NCBI GenBank assembly: GCA_965207785.1
Contig: CBDBNO010000010.1
Coordinates: forward strand, 202,108-266,107
Origin: Alphaproteobacteria bacterium
Lineage (GTDB): Bacteria > Pseudomonadota > Alphaproteobacteria > SP197
DNA length: 64,000 bases
Reading direction: 5' to 3'
The notes under the pieces were generated by a model. It was not told the origin of the DNA. It made no database searches and saw only the letters and a program-made list of their open reading frames with translations. A program made the position numbers and the translations under genes. Of this stretch, positions 28,805 to 38,443 are shown piece by piece (the first letter of the stretch is position 1; each line of letters begins with the position of its first letter).

Positions 28805-29949
28805 CCGGGGGCCTCACCGACGACCAGAAGACGTTTGCCGACAGCCTGGACCGGCTGCTCTCCGACGCCCTCCCCTTCGCCCGTCGCCAGGCAGCGGTGG
28901 CGACGCAGGGGGGCTTTGACGAGGATGTCTGGCAACAGTTTGCCGATCTCGGGTGCATGGCGGCCGCCTTCCCCGAGGAGCATGGCGGACTGGGCGGCGG
29001 GCCGGAAAACCTCATGATCATCGGCGAGAAGTTTGGCCGCCACCTGGTGACCGGACCCTTTCTTGCCAGTGTCGTGCTGGGCGGCCATGCCGTGTTGTTC
29101 GCGAGTTCCGAAGCATGGAAGGCCAAGCTGTTGCCCGGCGTTGCAGGGGGAACAACGAAGCTGGCCCTCGCCTGGACGGAACGACAGGCGCGCCACGACC
29201 TCCATGATGTCGCCACGAGCGTGCGGCCGGTGAATGGCGGCTGGGTGCTGTCAGGCCGAAAGGATGTCGTTCCCGGCGGCGCACAAGCCGACGTCGTCGT
29301 TGTCTCGGCGCGTGTTTCAGGCGACCGGCGGGACCGTGACGGCATCATCCTCGTCGCCGTGCCGGCCGACGCCCCGGGCATCGTCAGGCTGGACGAGCGG
29401 GCCCACGACGGCAACCGGGTCTCGACCATCCTCCTCGACGGCGTCGAGGTGGACGACACCCAGTTTCTGACCACACCCGATCAGGGGCTCGCGGTCCTCG
29501 AACGCGCGATCGATCATGCCATCGCGTTCGTCTGTGCCGATGCCGCAGGGTCCATGTGGCAGGTCTTCGAGACCACCCTGGAGTATCTCAAGACCCGGCG
29601 GCAGTTCGACCGGACGCTTGCGTCGTTCCAGGCGCTCCAGCATCGCATGGTGGATCTCTACATCGACTGTGAACTTGCCTGGTCGATGGTTCTCGACGCG
29701 ACCGAGGCCCTCGCCACACCCCGGCGACGCCACGCCGTGTCGTCGGCCAAGGTCGCGGTCGGCGAGTCGGCGCGACGGGTGGCCGAGGAGGGCGTCCAGC
29801 TCCATGGCGGCATCGGCATGACCATAGATGTACCCGTCGGACATCATCTCAAACGCGCCGTGGTGATGAACGCCTCGTTCGGCGATGCGGACCATCACCT
29901 CGATCTTCTCGCCACATCACCAGTTACCCGGGAGTCAAGCCATGTCTGA
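28801..29949 (+). CDS. Acyl-CoA dehydrogenase family protein (second subunit-like)
   Basis: ACAD-fold residue pattern. The start (MTGGLTDDQK) overlaps the upstream stop (ATGA). Confidence 0.75.
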   Translation: MTGGLTDDQKTFADSLDRLLSDALPFARRQAAVATQGGFDEDVWQQFADLGCMAAAFPEEHGGLGGGPENLMIIGEKFGRHLVTGPFLASVVLGGHAVLFASSEAWKAKLLPGVAGGTTKLALAWTERQARHDLHDVATSVRPVNGGWVLSGRKDVVPGGAQADVVVVSARVSGDRRDRDGIILVAVPADAPGIVRLDERAHDGNRVSTILLDGVEVDDTQFLTTPDQGLAVLERAIDHAIAFVCADAAGSMWQVFETTLEYLKTRRQFDRTLASFQALQHRMVDLYIDCELAWSMVLDATEALATPRRRHAVSSAKVAVGESARRVAEEGVQLHGGIGMTIDVPVGHHLKRAVVMNASFGDADHHLDLLATSPVTRESSHV

Positions 29950-30742
29950 TGCCGTCAGGACCGAGCGCCGCGGAAAGGTGCTCGAGGTCACCCTCGACCG
30001 GCCGCCCGTCAATGCCATCGACGACAGCACATCGATGGAACTCTACCAGGCCTTCCGCACGCTGCAGGACGACGACGGGCTCATGGTCGGCATCGTCACC
30101 GGTGCGGGCGAGCGCTGCTTTTCCGCCGGATGGGACCTCAAGGCCGTGGCCGCCGCCGATCGGCTCGACGAGGTCGACGGCGAGGGGTCGCCTGGCGGGT
30201 TTGCCGGACTGACGGAGTTCTGGGATCTCCACAAGCCGGTCATCGGCGCCGTCAACGGCATGGCCATCGGCGGCGGCTTCGAACTGGCGCTTTCGACTGA
30301 CATCCTGCTCGCTGCCGACCATGTCGAGTTCTGGCTGCCCGAGATGCAGCGCGGTTTCCTGGCGAGCGCCGGCGCCATCCAGCGCCTGCCCCGCCGCATC
30401 CCCTACAACGTCGCCATGGACCTCTTCCTGACCGGACGCCACATGGATGCCACCGAAGCGAAACACTGGGGCCTGGTGAGCGAAGTCCTGCCGGCAGAAG
30501 ACCTGATGACGCGGGCCCGCGAACTGGCGGATCAACTCAGTGAGTCGGCGCCCCTGGCGCTTCAGGGTCTCAAGGCGATCATGCCGGTCGTCATGCCACT
30601 TCCCCTCGAGGATGCCATGGTAAGGACGAAGACCGGCAATTCCGGTGTCGACATCTACGAGAGGATGATGCTCTCCGAGGACGCTATCGAGGGGCCACGC
30701 GCCTTCGCCGAGAAACGCAAGCCCGAATGGAAGGGACGCTGA
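29942..30742 (+). CDS. Enoyl-CoA hydratase/isomerase (crotonase family)
   Basis: Crotonase fold signature (GAGERCFSAGWDL...AVNGMAIGGGFELAL). Confidence 0.85.
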   Translation: MSDAVRTERRGKVLEVTLDRPPVNAIDDSTSMELYQAFRTLQDDDGLMVGIVTGAGERCFSAGWDLKAVAAADRLDEVDGEGSPGGFAGLTEFWDLHKPVIGAVNGMAIGGGFELALSTDILLAADHVEFWLPEMQRGFLASAGAIQRLPRRIPYNVAMDLFLTGRHMDATEAKHWGLVSEVLPAEDLMTRARELADQLSESAPLALQGLKAIMPVVMPLPLEDAMVRTKTGNSGVDIYERMMLSEDAIEGPRAFAEKRKPEWKGR

Positions 30743-30792
30743 TCCGGTCTTGTTGACCTGTTCGGACCTGGAGTATGGTCGCGCACGCGTGC

Positions 30793-30884
<92 letters not shown>

Positions 30885-31293
30885 CCGCCGTCCGTGACAT
30901 TCTCTGGTGGGCAAGCTCAACCGTCAGAACGGCGCGGTCCTTGGACATTTCGGCCGGAATAACCAACCCGGATGTTGCATGAATACGCCGGAATCCTCAG
31001 CCGGCCCGCGTTGTGACCGATGTCTCGACCCAGAATCATGTCCGGACGTGGACTTGGTGCAAGCCGTCGAGTTGCGTTCAATCCCGGGTGCCTGACCGGC
31101 CGGGTAGGGACATGTCCCATTCCGGTCGGAGGTGCATTCGTCACATGTTGTGGTCGTCAGCGTCGCGACGTCGTTGGCGACGCAGGTAACGTTCGCCGGT
31201 CGCGATCATATGGTCCGGCCGTTCGCAGCGGATCGATTCAGTTGCCCGCTCGACGTCACATTTTGCCAGGGCGGTCGCGGTGCAGTCAGACGG

Positions 31294-32151
31294 TTACGCC
31301 TGCCACAACAAGGGGAACGATTCCGATGTCATCGGATCGCCAGGCTTCAGGTTGCAGGCCGCCGCGTGGTGTTCGAGGTTTGGCACCGTGCCGCCGGTCT
31401 TGTCCGGCCAATAGACCGCCGTGTCACCCAACAGGCGAACGGAAACCACGACGAGCGGGGTCTTGGGATTCCGATTGCCGGGACTGGCATGCAGCAGCAT
31501 GCCATTGAAAATGAGGCAGTCGCCCGGTTCCATGGCGTAGCTGATGATGTCGTACTCGCCTCGGTTCCCCTCAATGTCGGGGAGCTCGTCCCACTGCGAC
31601 TCATCATCGCCGGAGGCATCCATTTGTTCCTTCGCGCCCGCCGAGTCGAAGTTCAGCCGGAAGTACGTCTTCCCCCAGCGATGGGACCCGCGAATACACT
31701 CCAGGGCGCTGTCCTGGTCGACCGGGTAGAGCGGCGTCCAGGCCGCGCACAGGCAGTCCCGTCCGTCCACGCAATAGTAGGGCATGTCCTGGTGCCATGG
31801 CGACGTGGCGTTCGCTGCCGCCGTTCGAAAGAAGACGGATTCGTAAAAGAGACTCACGTGCGTCCACCCCATCAGGGTTCCCGCCAGGGGTGCCACCGGA
31901 GAGTCGAAGATGAACCGTCGATACTCATCGATCTCGTGCCAGCGGCGGTTTTGATTGGTGAATCGGCGGCCGTCTTCCTCGTCCATATAGGTCCAGGCAT
32001 ACTCCCCTGGCTCACTGACCGCCCTTTCGGCGCCCCGACGAAGCAGCTCGATCCATTCTTGGTCGAACACCTGCCGCAAGCATATCACGCCGTCGCGCCG
32101 GAATGCGGCGACCTGATCGTCTGACAACAGAGGGATTGACTTCTCGGTCAT
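31294..32151 (-). CDS. Phytanoyl-CoA dioxygenase (PhyH) family Fe(II)/2OG oxygenase
   Basis: PhyH-type HxD...H arrangement (WHQDMPYY...LLHASPGN). Confidence 0.75.
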   Translation of the reverse strand: MTEKSIPLLSDDQVAAFRRDGVICLRQVFDQEWIELLRRGAERAVSEPGEYAWTYMDEEDGRRFTNQNRRWHEIDEYRRFIFDSPVAPLAGTLMGWTHVSLFYESVFFRTAAANATSPWHQDMPYYCVDGRDCLCAAWTPLYPVDQDSALECIRGSHRWGKTYFRLNFDSAGAKEQMDASGDDESQWDELPDIEGNRGEYDIISYAMEPGDCLIFNGMLLHASPGNRNPKTPLVVVSVRLLGDTAVYWPDKTGGTVPNLEHHAAACNLKPGDPMTSESFPLLWQA

Positions 32152-32787
32152 ATCTCATCTCCCGCCATCTTGATCACAACTGATGGTCTGCTCGCCGGTA
32201 CGAGAAACCGTTCCGAGCGAGGGCGTCACGATGGTCTCGCATCCGCCGCTCACATTGAGAACGACGCCGGCGATGTTGCCGATCCGCTCCGATTGGGACG
32301 GACGCATTTGCGGCATGGGGCAGACATCACGAGCGGACGGAGGAGACGGGACATAAACCCGCCCGCGGCCCATGCAGCGGAACGATCTGACCACTCGGAT
32401 GCGCGTGGCCGGTTTCGGGTGGTGGCTCCAAGATCCAAGGTTCGAATTCCTGCTTCTAGGAAGACCGGGTTTGAATCGCGTGTTGACCAAGGCGATGATA
32501 GTTTTCAAAACATCTTTCTCACAAGCGCGATTGAACGCGTTGCGTAGGGGAGTTCCCTTCCGGTTTGCGTGGAGGACGCAATCGCGTCGGTCTATCGCCG
32601 GGGCGAGGTTTTGGATTGAATCGGTTGATGATTTTTCGATGAGGCCTCAGTTAAGGCGCGGTCCTTGCCCTGACAGGCAGCGTGTCCACCGCTCGAACGA
32701 GCGTGCGGACCTGCGAACACCTTTGGAAGGCTCATGGGGCCGGTCAAGATCGCACGCATCAGGTGTTCGGCAGGGAAGGAATGGTGG

Positions 32788-33552
32788 ATGAATATCTCTG
32801 GGAAGGCGGCGGTGGTGACCGGCGGTGGCTCCGGCCTGGGCGCCGCGGTCGCGCAACATCTGTCCAGTTCAGGCGCCAAGGTAGCGCTTTTGGACATTGA
32901 TGCGTCAGCAGCAGGCGAGGTCGCCAGCAAGATTGGTGGATTGTCGTTCAGTTGTGACGTATCCGACGAAGACGATGTCGGTCATGCTCTTGCCGAGGCT
33001 CGTGATCAGCATGGACCGGCGCGCATCTGTGTAAACTGCGCCGGCGTTGGAAGCGCCGTCCGGATTGTGGGACGTCGCGGTCTTATGCCCTTGGATCACT
33101 TCAAGCGAGAGTTGGAGATCAACCTGGTTGGCACCTTCAACGTCATGCGACTGGCGGTCGCGGAAATGTCGACGCTGGAACCTCTCGAAGAGACAAGGGA
33201 GAGAGGGATCGTCGTCAACACGGCGTCCATCGCCGCCTACGAGGGACAGATTGGCCAGGCTCCCTACGCGGCATCGAAGGCCGGAATCGTCGGACTGACA
33301 TTGGAAGCGGCGCGCGAGTTCGGTTCCTTGGGCGTTCGTGTCATGACCGTTGCGCCGGGCCTCTTCACAACGCCGATGTGGGAGGGAACGCCAGATGAGG
33401 TTTACGACAACTTGAAGGCACAGATGGTCTTCCCGAAGCGCATGGGCCATCCGCAAGAGTTCGCCAAGCTGGTCGGACACATCGTCGAGAACACGATGCT
33501 CAATGGTGAGGTCATCCGGCTCGATGGTGCAGTAAGGATGCAGGCTCGATGA
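32788..33552 (+). CDS. SDR family 3-hydroxyacyl-CoA dehydrogenase-like oxidoreductase
   Basis: VTGGGSGLG and YAASKAG motifs. The start is set at MNISGKAAVVTGG; the supplied ORF is extended upstream. Confidence 0.85.
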   Translation: MNISGKAAVVTGGGSGLGAAVAQHLSSSGAKVALLDIDASAAGEVASKIGGLSFSCDVSDEDDVGHALAEARDQHGPARICVNCAGVGSAVRIVGRRGLMPLDHFKRELEINLVGTFNVMRLAVAEMSTLEPLEETRERGIVVNTASIAAYEGQIGQAPYAASKAGIVGLTLEAAREFGSLGVRVMTVAPGLFTTPMWEGTPDEVYDNLKAQMVFPKRMGHPQEFAKLVGHIVENTMLNGEVIRLDGAVRMQAR

Positions 33553-33589
33553 CGATGTTCCGCGATGGCGGCCTTACACGACAGGTCAG

Positions 33590-34015
33590 GTGTTGGTTGA
33601 AGTAATCATGGAACGCTGGATACCCGAGCCGACTCCGGAGACGCAGCATTTCTGGGACGGAACCAGACAAGGGCGGCTTCTTTTGCAACGCTGCAACGGT
33701 TGCGACAAATTCTATTTCCCGCCCCGACCCTTCTGCCCGTCATGCGCCTCCCGCGATGTCGACGTAATCGACGCAAGCGGTCGGGCGACTTTGAGAAGCT
33801 ATGTCCTGAGTTACCGGCCGACACCCGGTTTCGAAATTCCGTTCTCCATTGCCATTGTCGAGTTGGCGGAGGGCCCGCGCATGCTGACCAACATCATAGA
33901 CTGTCCACAAACGCCCGAGGCATTGGCTTTGGATTCCGAACTCGAGGTCGTCTTCACGAAGGTATCCGATGAGATCAGCCTGCCCCAGTTCCGCCTTTGC
34001 GGAGATGGGTCGTGA
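33590..34015 (+). CDS. Zn-ribbon/OB-fold protein (DUF35 family) partner of thiolase-like protein
   Basis: CNGCDKFYFPPRPFCPSC zinc ribbon followed by an OB-fold region. GTGA overlap with the next gene. Confidence 0.75.
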   Translation: MLVEVIMERWIPEPTPETQHFWDGTRQGRLLLQRCNGCDKFYFPPRPFCPSCASRDVDVIDASGRATLRSYVLSYRPTPGFEIPFSIAIVELAEGPRMLTNIIDCPQTPEALALDSELEVVFTKVSDEISLPQFRLCGDGS

Positions 34016-35157
34016 AGGCTGGTTCGGTGGCTGTCGTGGGCGCGGCGGAAACGACGCAGCTTGGCAGAATCCCCGAAACATCCGAACTGCAATTGCATTG
34101 CGATGCGGCGCTCAACGCGCTCGATGATGCCGGTCTTGCCCCGTCCGAAATCGATGGCTATGCCGGGGTCGGCAGCTACGTCGGCGAGATGGTGCTCGCG
34201 CTCGGCCTTAAGCCGACCTGGGTCGACGGAACGCTGGTTGGCGGTTGCTCGTTTATGCTCATGGTCCGCCACGCGGCCGCCGCCATCACAGCGGGCTTGT
34301 GCAACACGGTTTTGATCACCCACGGCGAGAGCGGCCGCTCTAAGGTCGCGGCCATGCCGTGGGTCACCAAGCCGGGCTCGCTGGTCGGCCAGTTCGAAAT
34401 GCCGTTTGGCGCGATGGACCCGACCACCATGTTCAACACACCGGTTCTGCGCTACATGCACGAGTATGGCGTGACGGAAGAGGACCTTGCCCTTGTCGCG
34501 GTGATCCAACGGGAATGGGCGGCGAGGAACCCTCGCGCCTATGCCAAGGATCCGCTGAGTGTCGACGACGTGCTCGATTCACGGATGATCGCCTGGCCGC
34601 TACGGAAGCTGATGTGTTGTCTGGTCACGGACGGGGGCGGCGCCTTGATCTTGACCTCGGCCGAACGTTCGAAGGATCGACCGAAGCCCCCGGTTTACGT
34701 TCTTGGCACGGGCGAGAGCGTCGAATCGCCGCTTACCGCCCAGATCGAGGATCTGACCAGCGGCCGCGCCTTCCGCATGGCGGGCGCCAGCGCCTTTGCC
34801 GAGGCTGGCCTCAGACCGGCCGATATCGATCATCTCATGATCTATGACGCCTTCGCGCAACTGCCCCTCTGGGGTCTGGAGGATCTGGGTTTTGTCGGCA
34901 AGGGCGAAGCAGCCGGATTCATCCGGGAACGACGCACGGCGCCGGGCGGCCCCCTGCCGACGAACACCAACGGCGGTGGCCTCTCCTACACGCACACCGG
35001 CATGTACGGCATGTTCGCCATGCAGGAATCGATTCGCCAAGTACGCGGCACCGCTCCCGCTCAGGTCGACAGCGTCGTGACATCATTGACCCACGGTGTT
35101 GGGAATTACTTCGAAGCGGGCGGCACCGTGATCTTCGGCAACCAGCTACCAGATTGA
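34012..35157 (+). CDS. Thiolase-like lipid-transfer/SCP-x-type protein
   Basis: Thiolase-fold pattern. GTG start with a GGAGATGGG RBS. Same frame as supplied ORF 33997..35157. Confidence 0.75.
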   Translation: MKAGSVAVVGAAETTQLGRIPETSELQLHCDAALNALDDAGLAPSEIDGYAGVGSYVGEMVLALGLKPTWVDGTLVGGCSFMLMVRHAAAAITAGLCNTVLITHGESGRSKVAAMPWVTKPGSLVGQFEMPFGAMDPTTMFNTPVLRYMHEYGVTEEDLALVAVIQREWAARNPRAYAKDPLSVDDVLDSRMIAWPLRKLMCCLVTDGGGALILTSAERSKDRPKPPVYVLGTGESVESPLTAQIEDLTSGRAFRMAGASAFAEAGLRPADIDHLMIYDAFAQLPLWGLEDLGFVGKGEAAGFIRERRTAPGGPLPTNTNGGGLSYTHTGMYGMFAMQESIRQVRGTAPAQVDSVVTSLTHGVGNYFEAGGTVIFGNQLPD

Positions 35158-35479
35158 ATCCCTTGCGTCATGCATCCGGAGCTCATGCCGTTTGCCACAA
35201 AGGCTTCCATCAACGACATCACCCGATGAGCCGAGCGTGGCAGGGTCTGCCTGGCGCCGGTTGATTCGGTGCTTCATGGAGGCAGCGGCCGCTTGAACAA
35301 ACGTCGGCACCTAACGTCTCGTCCCAAGCACCTGCGTGATGGCTCCGCCTCGACACCTTTCCGGCGGGCAAGCGGACAGCGATCCGGAATCAGTCCAGTG
35401 AGGATATTGAAAAATTATTCCATTAATGGTGTAGTGGGATATGAGGCATTCGACACTGTCACATATGCCAACGTCGTCC

Positions 35480-35658
35480 GGCAATGGGCAGCGCCAATGC
35501 AAGAGTGCGCGGACAGCGCGGTGTGCTCCTGGGCCGTGTCGGAGAGATTGCGGAGGTCGCGCGAGTCACCTTGTGGCTCTGTTCCAACGCCGCCGCCCTA
35601 CATGACGGGCACGACAATCAATGTCAGCGGCGGACGCGAAATCTATGTCAGGGTTTGA
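35480..35658 (+). pseudogene. Remnant of an SDR gene (C-terminal about 55 codons only, with 1-nt frameshift)
   Basis: One frame reads LLGRVGEIAEVARVTLWLCSNAAA. After a 1-nt shift near 35598 the next frame reads YMTGTTINVSGG, i.e. the canonical SDR C-terminus. No N-terminal part is present upstream. Confidence 0.5.
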
Positions 35659-35739
35659 GATGACATGCTTGCCTCCCGACAGGACCGAGGATGTCCTGCT
35701 GGCCTGTTCGAGCGCCTCTTGACGGTGTCACCGGATAGC

Positions 35740-36852
35740 ATGCGGCGTGTCGATTCCGGGGTGCTCCGCCACTTTGTGCGCGACGTTTTTGTCGCGGCCG
35801 GATGCTGCGATGAGGAGGCCGAGAGAATCGCGCACCATCTCGTGCTTGCCAATCTGCGCGGACACGAAAGCCACGGCCTGAGCCGGGTGATACGCTACCT
35901 CGAATGGATGTCGATCGGACGGGTTCATGCCAATCGCTCGATCGACATCGTGCAGGAAAGCGAGACGATGGCCGTGGTCGACGGCAATCTCGGTTTTGGC
36001 CAGACCGTCGGCGCCGAAACGGTGGCGCTCGGCGTCGATAAGGCTCGCCGCAACGGCGTCGCCGTCATCGGTCTGCGGAACGCCGGACATCTCGGCTGCA
36101 TCGGCGACTGGGCCGAGCTTGCTGCCGACTCCGGTATCGCGACAATTCACATGGTGAACGTCCGCGGCAGTCTGCTTGTCGCGCCCCATGGCGGAATCGA
36201 CCGTCGCCACGGGACCTCGCCGTTCGCTTGCGGGTTCCCCGTTCCAGGCGACGATCCCGTCGTGCTCGACTTCGCGACGTCGATGATCGCCGAGGGCAAG
36301 GTGTTCGTGGCGCTCCAAGGGGGCGAGCGGCCTCCCGTGGGATCCCTTGTCGGTCCCGACGGTGCGCCATCCGACGATCCGATGCATCTGTATGGGCGGA
36401 CGGCGACAGATGACGTGCCTGACCCAAACGCCGGATCTGGCGCCCTGACACCCTTCGGACTGCACAAGGGGGCGGGTCTCGCCTACATGATCGAGTTGTT
36501 CGCCGGCGCCCTGACCGGCTCCGGCGTGGCCGGGTTGTCCGCAGAGACAGGACAAAGGCCATTCTGCAATGGCATGCTGTCGGTCTATATTTCGGTTGAT
36601 GCATTCGCGGAACCGGAGGCCTTACGCGCTGAAATCCTGACCTACGCCGACTTCTACAAGAGCGCGGCCCCGACCGGCGCGGGAGGTGAGATCCTGGTAC
36701 CCGGCGAGCGCGAACGGCGCAATCTTGTCGAGCGGGAGCGGCTCGGTGTGCCAATCTCCGGTCAACTTCGGCGCGATCTTCGCAAGGCCGCGCAGCGAGT
36801 CGGTCTGCCGCCGGAGGCTCATGCCTGGGTGGAGGTGAGGGCACGAGCCTAG
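35740..36852 (+). CDS. Ldh_2-family (malate/L-lactate/sulfolactate dehydrogenase type 2) oxidoreductase
   Basis: Ldh_2-type N-terminus (LRGHESHGL...). The start is set at MRRVDSG. Confidence 0.75.
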   Translation: MRRVDSGVLRHFVRDVFVAAGCCDEEAERIAHHLVLANLRGHESHGLSRVIRYLEWMSIGRVHANRSIDIVQESETMAVVDGNLGFGQTVGAETVALGVDKARRNGVAVIGLRNAGHLGCIGDWAELAADSGIATIHMVNVRGSLLVAPHGGIDRRHGTSPFACGFPVPGDDPVVLDFATSMIAEGKVFVALQGGERPPVGSLVGPDGAPSDDPMHLYGRTATDDVPDPNAGSGALTPFGLHKGAGLAYMIELFAGALTGSGVAGLSAETGQRPFCNGMLSVYISVDAFAEPEALRAEILTYADFYKSAAPTGAGGEILVPGERERRNLVERERLGVPISGQLRRDLRKAAQRVGLPPEAHAWVEVRARA

Positions 36853-37003
36853 AGCGCGGCGCGACGCCCACGACGGCGGGCCGGCGCGGAAGGTGACGCA
36901 GCGGATCGGTTTCGCGCCCCGACACGACCGAGCGTCATCTGATCGGGTAGACAAGGGAGGTTCCGGCGGGCGATGTGGCTCATGAAAAGGTGGGTAGACG
37001 GCA

Positions 37004-37849
37004 ATGGCCAACAAACGAAAGACTGACGGCAAGTCGAACGCCAGGCGGCGACCGGGCGGCGGCGCGCGACAGGGTGCCGAACAGGAGCTGTCGACCGAGC
37101 GGCTGGCGCGAGGCTTCCACATTCTCTGCAGTTTTCAGACCAGCGACGAATTCCTGACCAACGGCGAGATCGCGCGGCGAACGGCGCTGCCCAAGCCGAC
37201 GGTTTCGCGCATCTGCGCCTTGCTGGTGTCGCTCGGATACCTCAACTACGATCCGTCGCTCAGCACCTATAGGCTCGGCGCCGCTCTACTGCAATTGGCC
37301 AAGCCGCTGTTGTCCGCGAGGGGCATCCAGGGTGTCGCCCAGGTCAAAATGCGGGAACTGGCGGACGACACGGGTCTCACCGTGGGCCTGGGCCGTCGCG
37401 TCGGCCTCAACATCGTCTATGTCGCCGCCGTGCGGGGCTCCAATCCGATCATGCTGGATCTCGGGATCGGATCCGCGGTGCCGATCGTTCCTACGGCCAT
37501 GGGCCGTGTCTACCTCGCCGTCTCGCCGGAAACTGAGCGCGAGGCCCTGCTCGATCAAATCGCCGCCAGCGAAGGTCGCGATCGCGAGCAGATCGGCAAT
37601 GCGGCCGCCCTGGCGATCGAGAGCTATCGGGTTTACGGCTACTGCTCGACCCTGGGCGAGTGGAACCCTGAAGTGAATGCGGTGGGTTCGGCCGTCATCT
37701 GCCCCGGGGACGGCGAGATCATGCCCATGATGTGCGGTGGTCCGGCGAGTCAGTTTTCGCCAGCCGCCATTCGCGACAGTGTCGGACCCCGCCTACGCGA
37801 GATCGCCGCCTCGCTTTCGGTCGAGCCTGACGTGGCGTCGTCCGATTGA
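37004..37849 (+). CDS. IclR-family transcriptional regulator
   Basis: N-terminal wHTH (TNGEIARRTALPKPTVSRICALLVSLGYL) plus an IclR effector domain. Confidence 0.85.
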   Translation: MANKRKTDGKSNARRRPGGGARQGAEQELSTERLARGFHILCSFQTSDEFLTNGEIARRTALPKPTVSRICALLVSLGYLNYDPSLSTYRLGAALLQLAKPLLSARGIQGVAQVKMRELADDTGLTVGLGRRVGLNIVYVAAVRGSNPIMLDLGIGSAVPIVPTAMGRVYLAVSPETEREALLDQIAASEGRDREQIGNAAALAIESYRVYGYCSTLGEWNPEVNAVGSAVICPGDGEIMPMMCGGPASQFSPAAIRDSVGPRLREIAASLSVEPDVASSD

Positions 37850-38005
37850 AAGAACTACGCACGCGCCTTGGCCCTTGACGACACAGTGAAGAAATGGAAA
37901 ATCGTTTCATTAAATGCTGCACGCCAGTTTGGCTGACATATCGCCCGTGGGGAAGGCGCATTCCGGCGCCTTGAATCGCTCGTCTTCAGATCTGAGGGGG
38001 GTCAC

Positions 38006-38443
38006 ATGGAACCGATCAGTTTCGACCTCGGCGGTCGGACCGCGATCGTCACCGGTGCAGGGCGGGGCATAGGCCGCGCCTGTGCGCTTGCTCTTGCTGC
38101 CAATGGTGCCAACGTCGTGGCCTGCTCGCGCACACTGGACCAGGTCGAGGCTGTGGTGGGGGAGGTCGAGGCCATGGGACGAGACGGTCTCGCCATCGCA
38201 GCCGACGTGACCAACCAGGATGACGTCGAGGCCATGGTCGACAAGGTCATCACGCGCTTTGGCGGTATCGATATCCTGGTGAACAACGCCGGTACCTTCA
38301 TCATGAAGCCGCTGGTGCCGACCGAAGGCTGGAAACCGTCCGTCGGCAAGGTCATTCCGGGCTTCAACGAGCCCTTCGACGACACGGACTGGTACAAGAC
38401 GATGGATTGGCGTTCATACTACACCCCGGTTTGCGTGCCTTGA
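38006..38443 (+). pseudogene. SDR gene, N-terminal half (interrupted by mobile element insertion)
   Basis: TGAGRGIG...NNAG...DDTDWYKTMD, then the reading frame runs into foreign sequence and stops. The matching C-terminal half is at 41580..42014. Confidence 0.7.

Noticed and set aside
32380-32470. tRNA-like fragment (aaggttcgaattcc resembles the T-arm of the tRNA-Ser at 30793)
   Set aside because: It could mark an attR-type partial tRNA duplicate, but only about 11 of 13 nt match, no acceptor stem complement follows, and a cloverleaf cannot be drawn.
37850-38005. AT-rich segment with imperfect inverted repeats upstream of the split SDR gene (possible IclR operator)
   Set aside because: The repeats are imperfect (gaaatggaaaatcgtttcatt), and without a search or footprint it cannot be distinguished from a plain promoter region.
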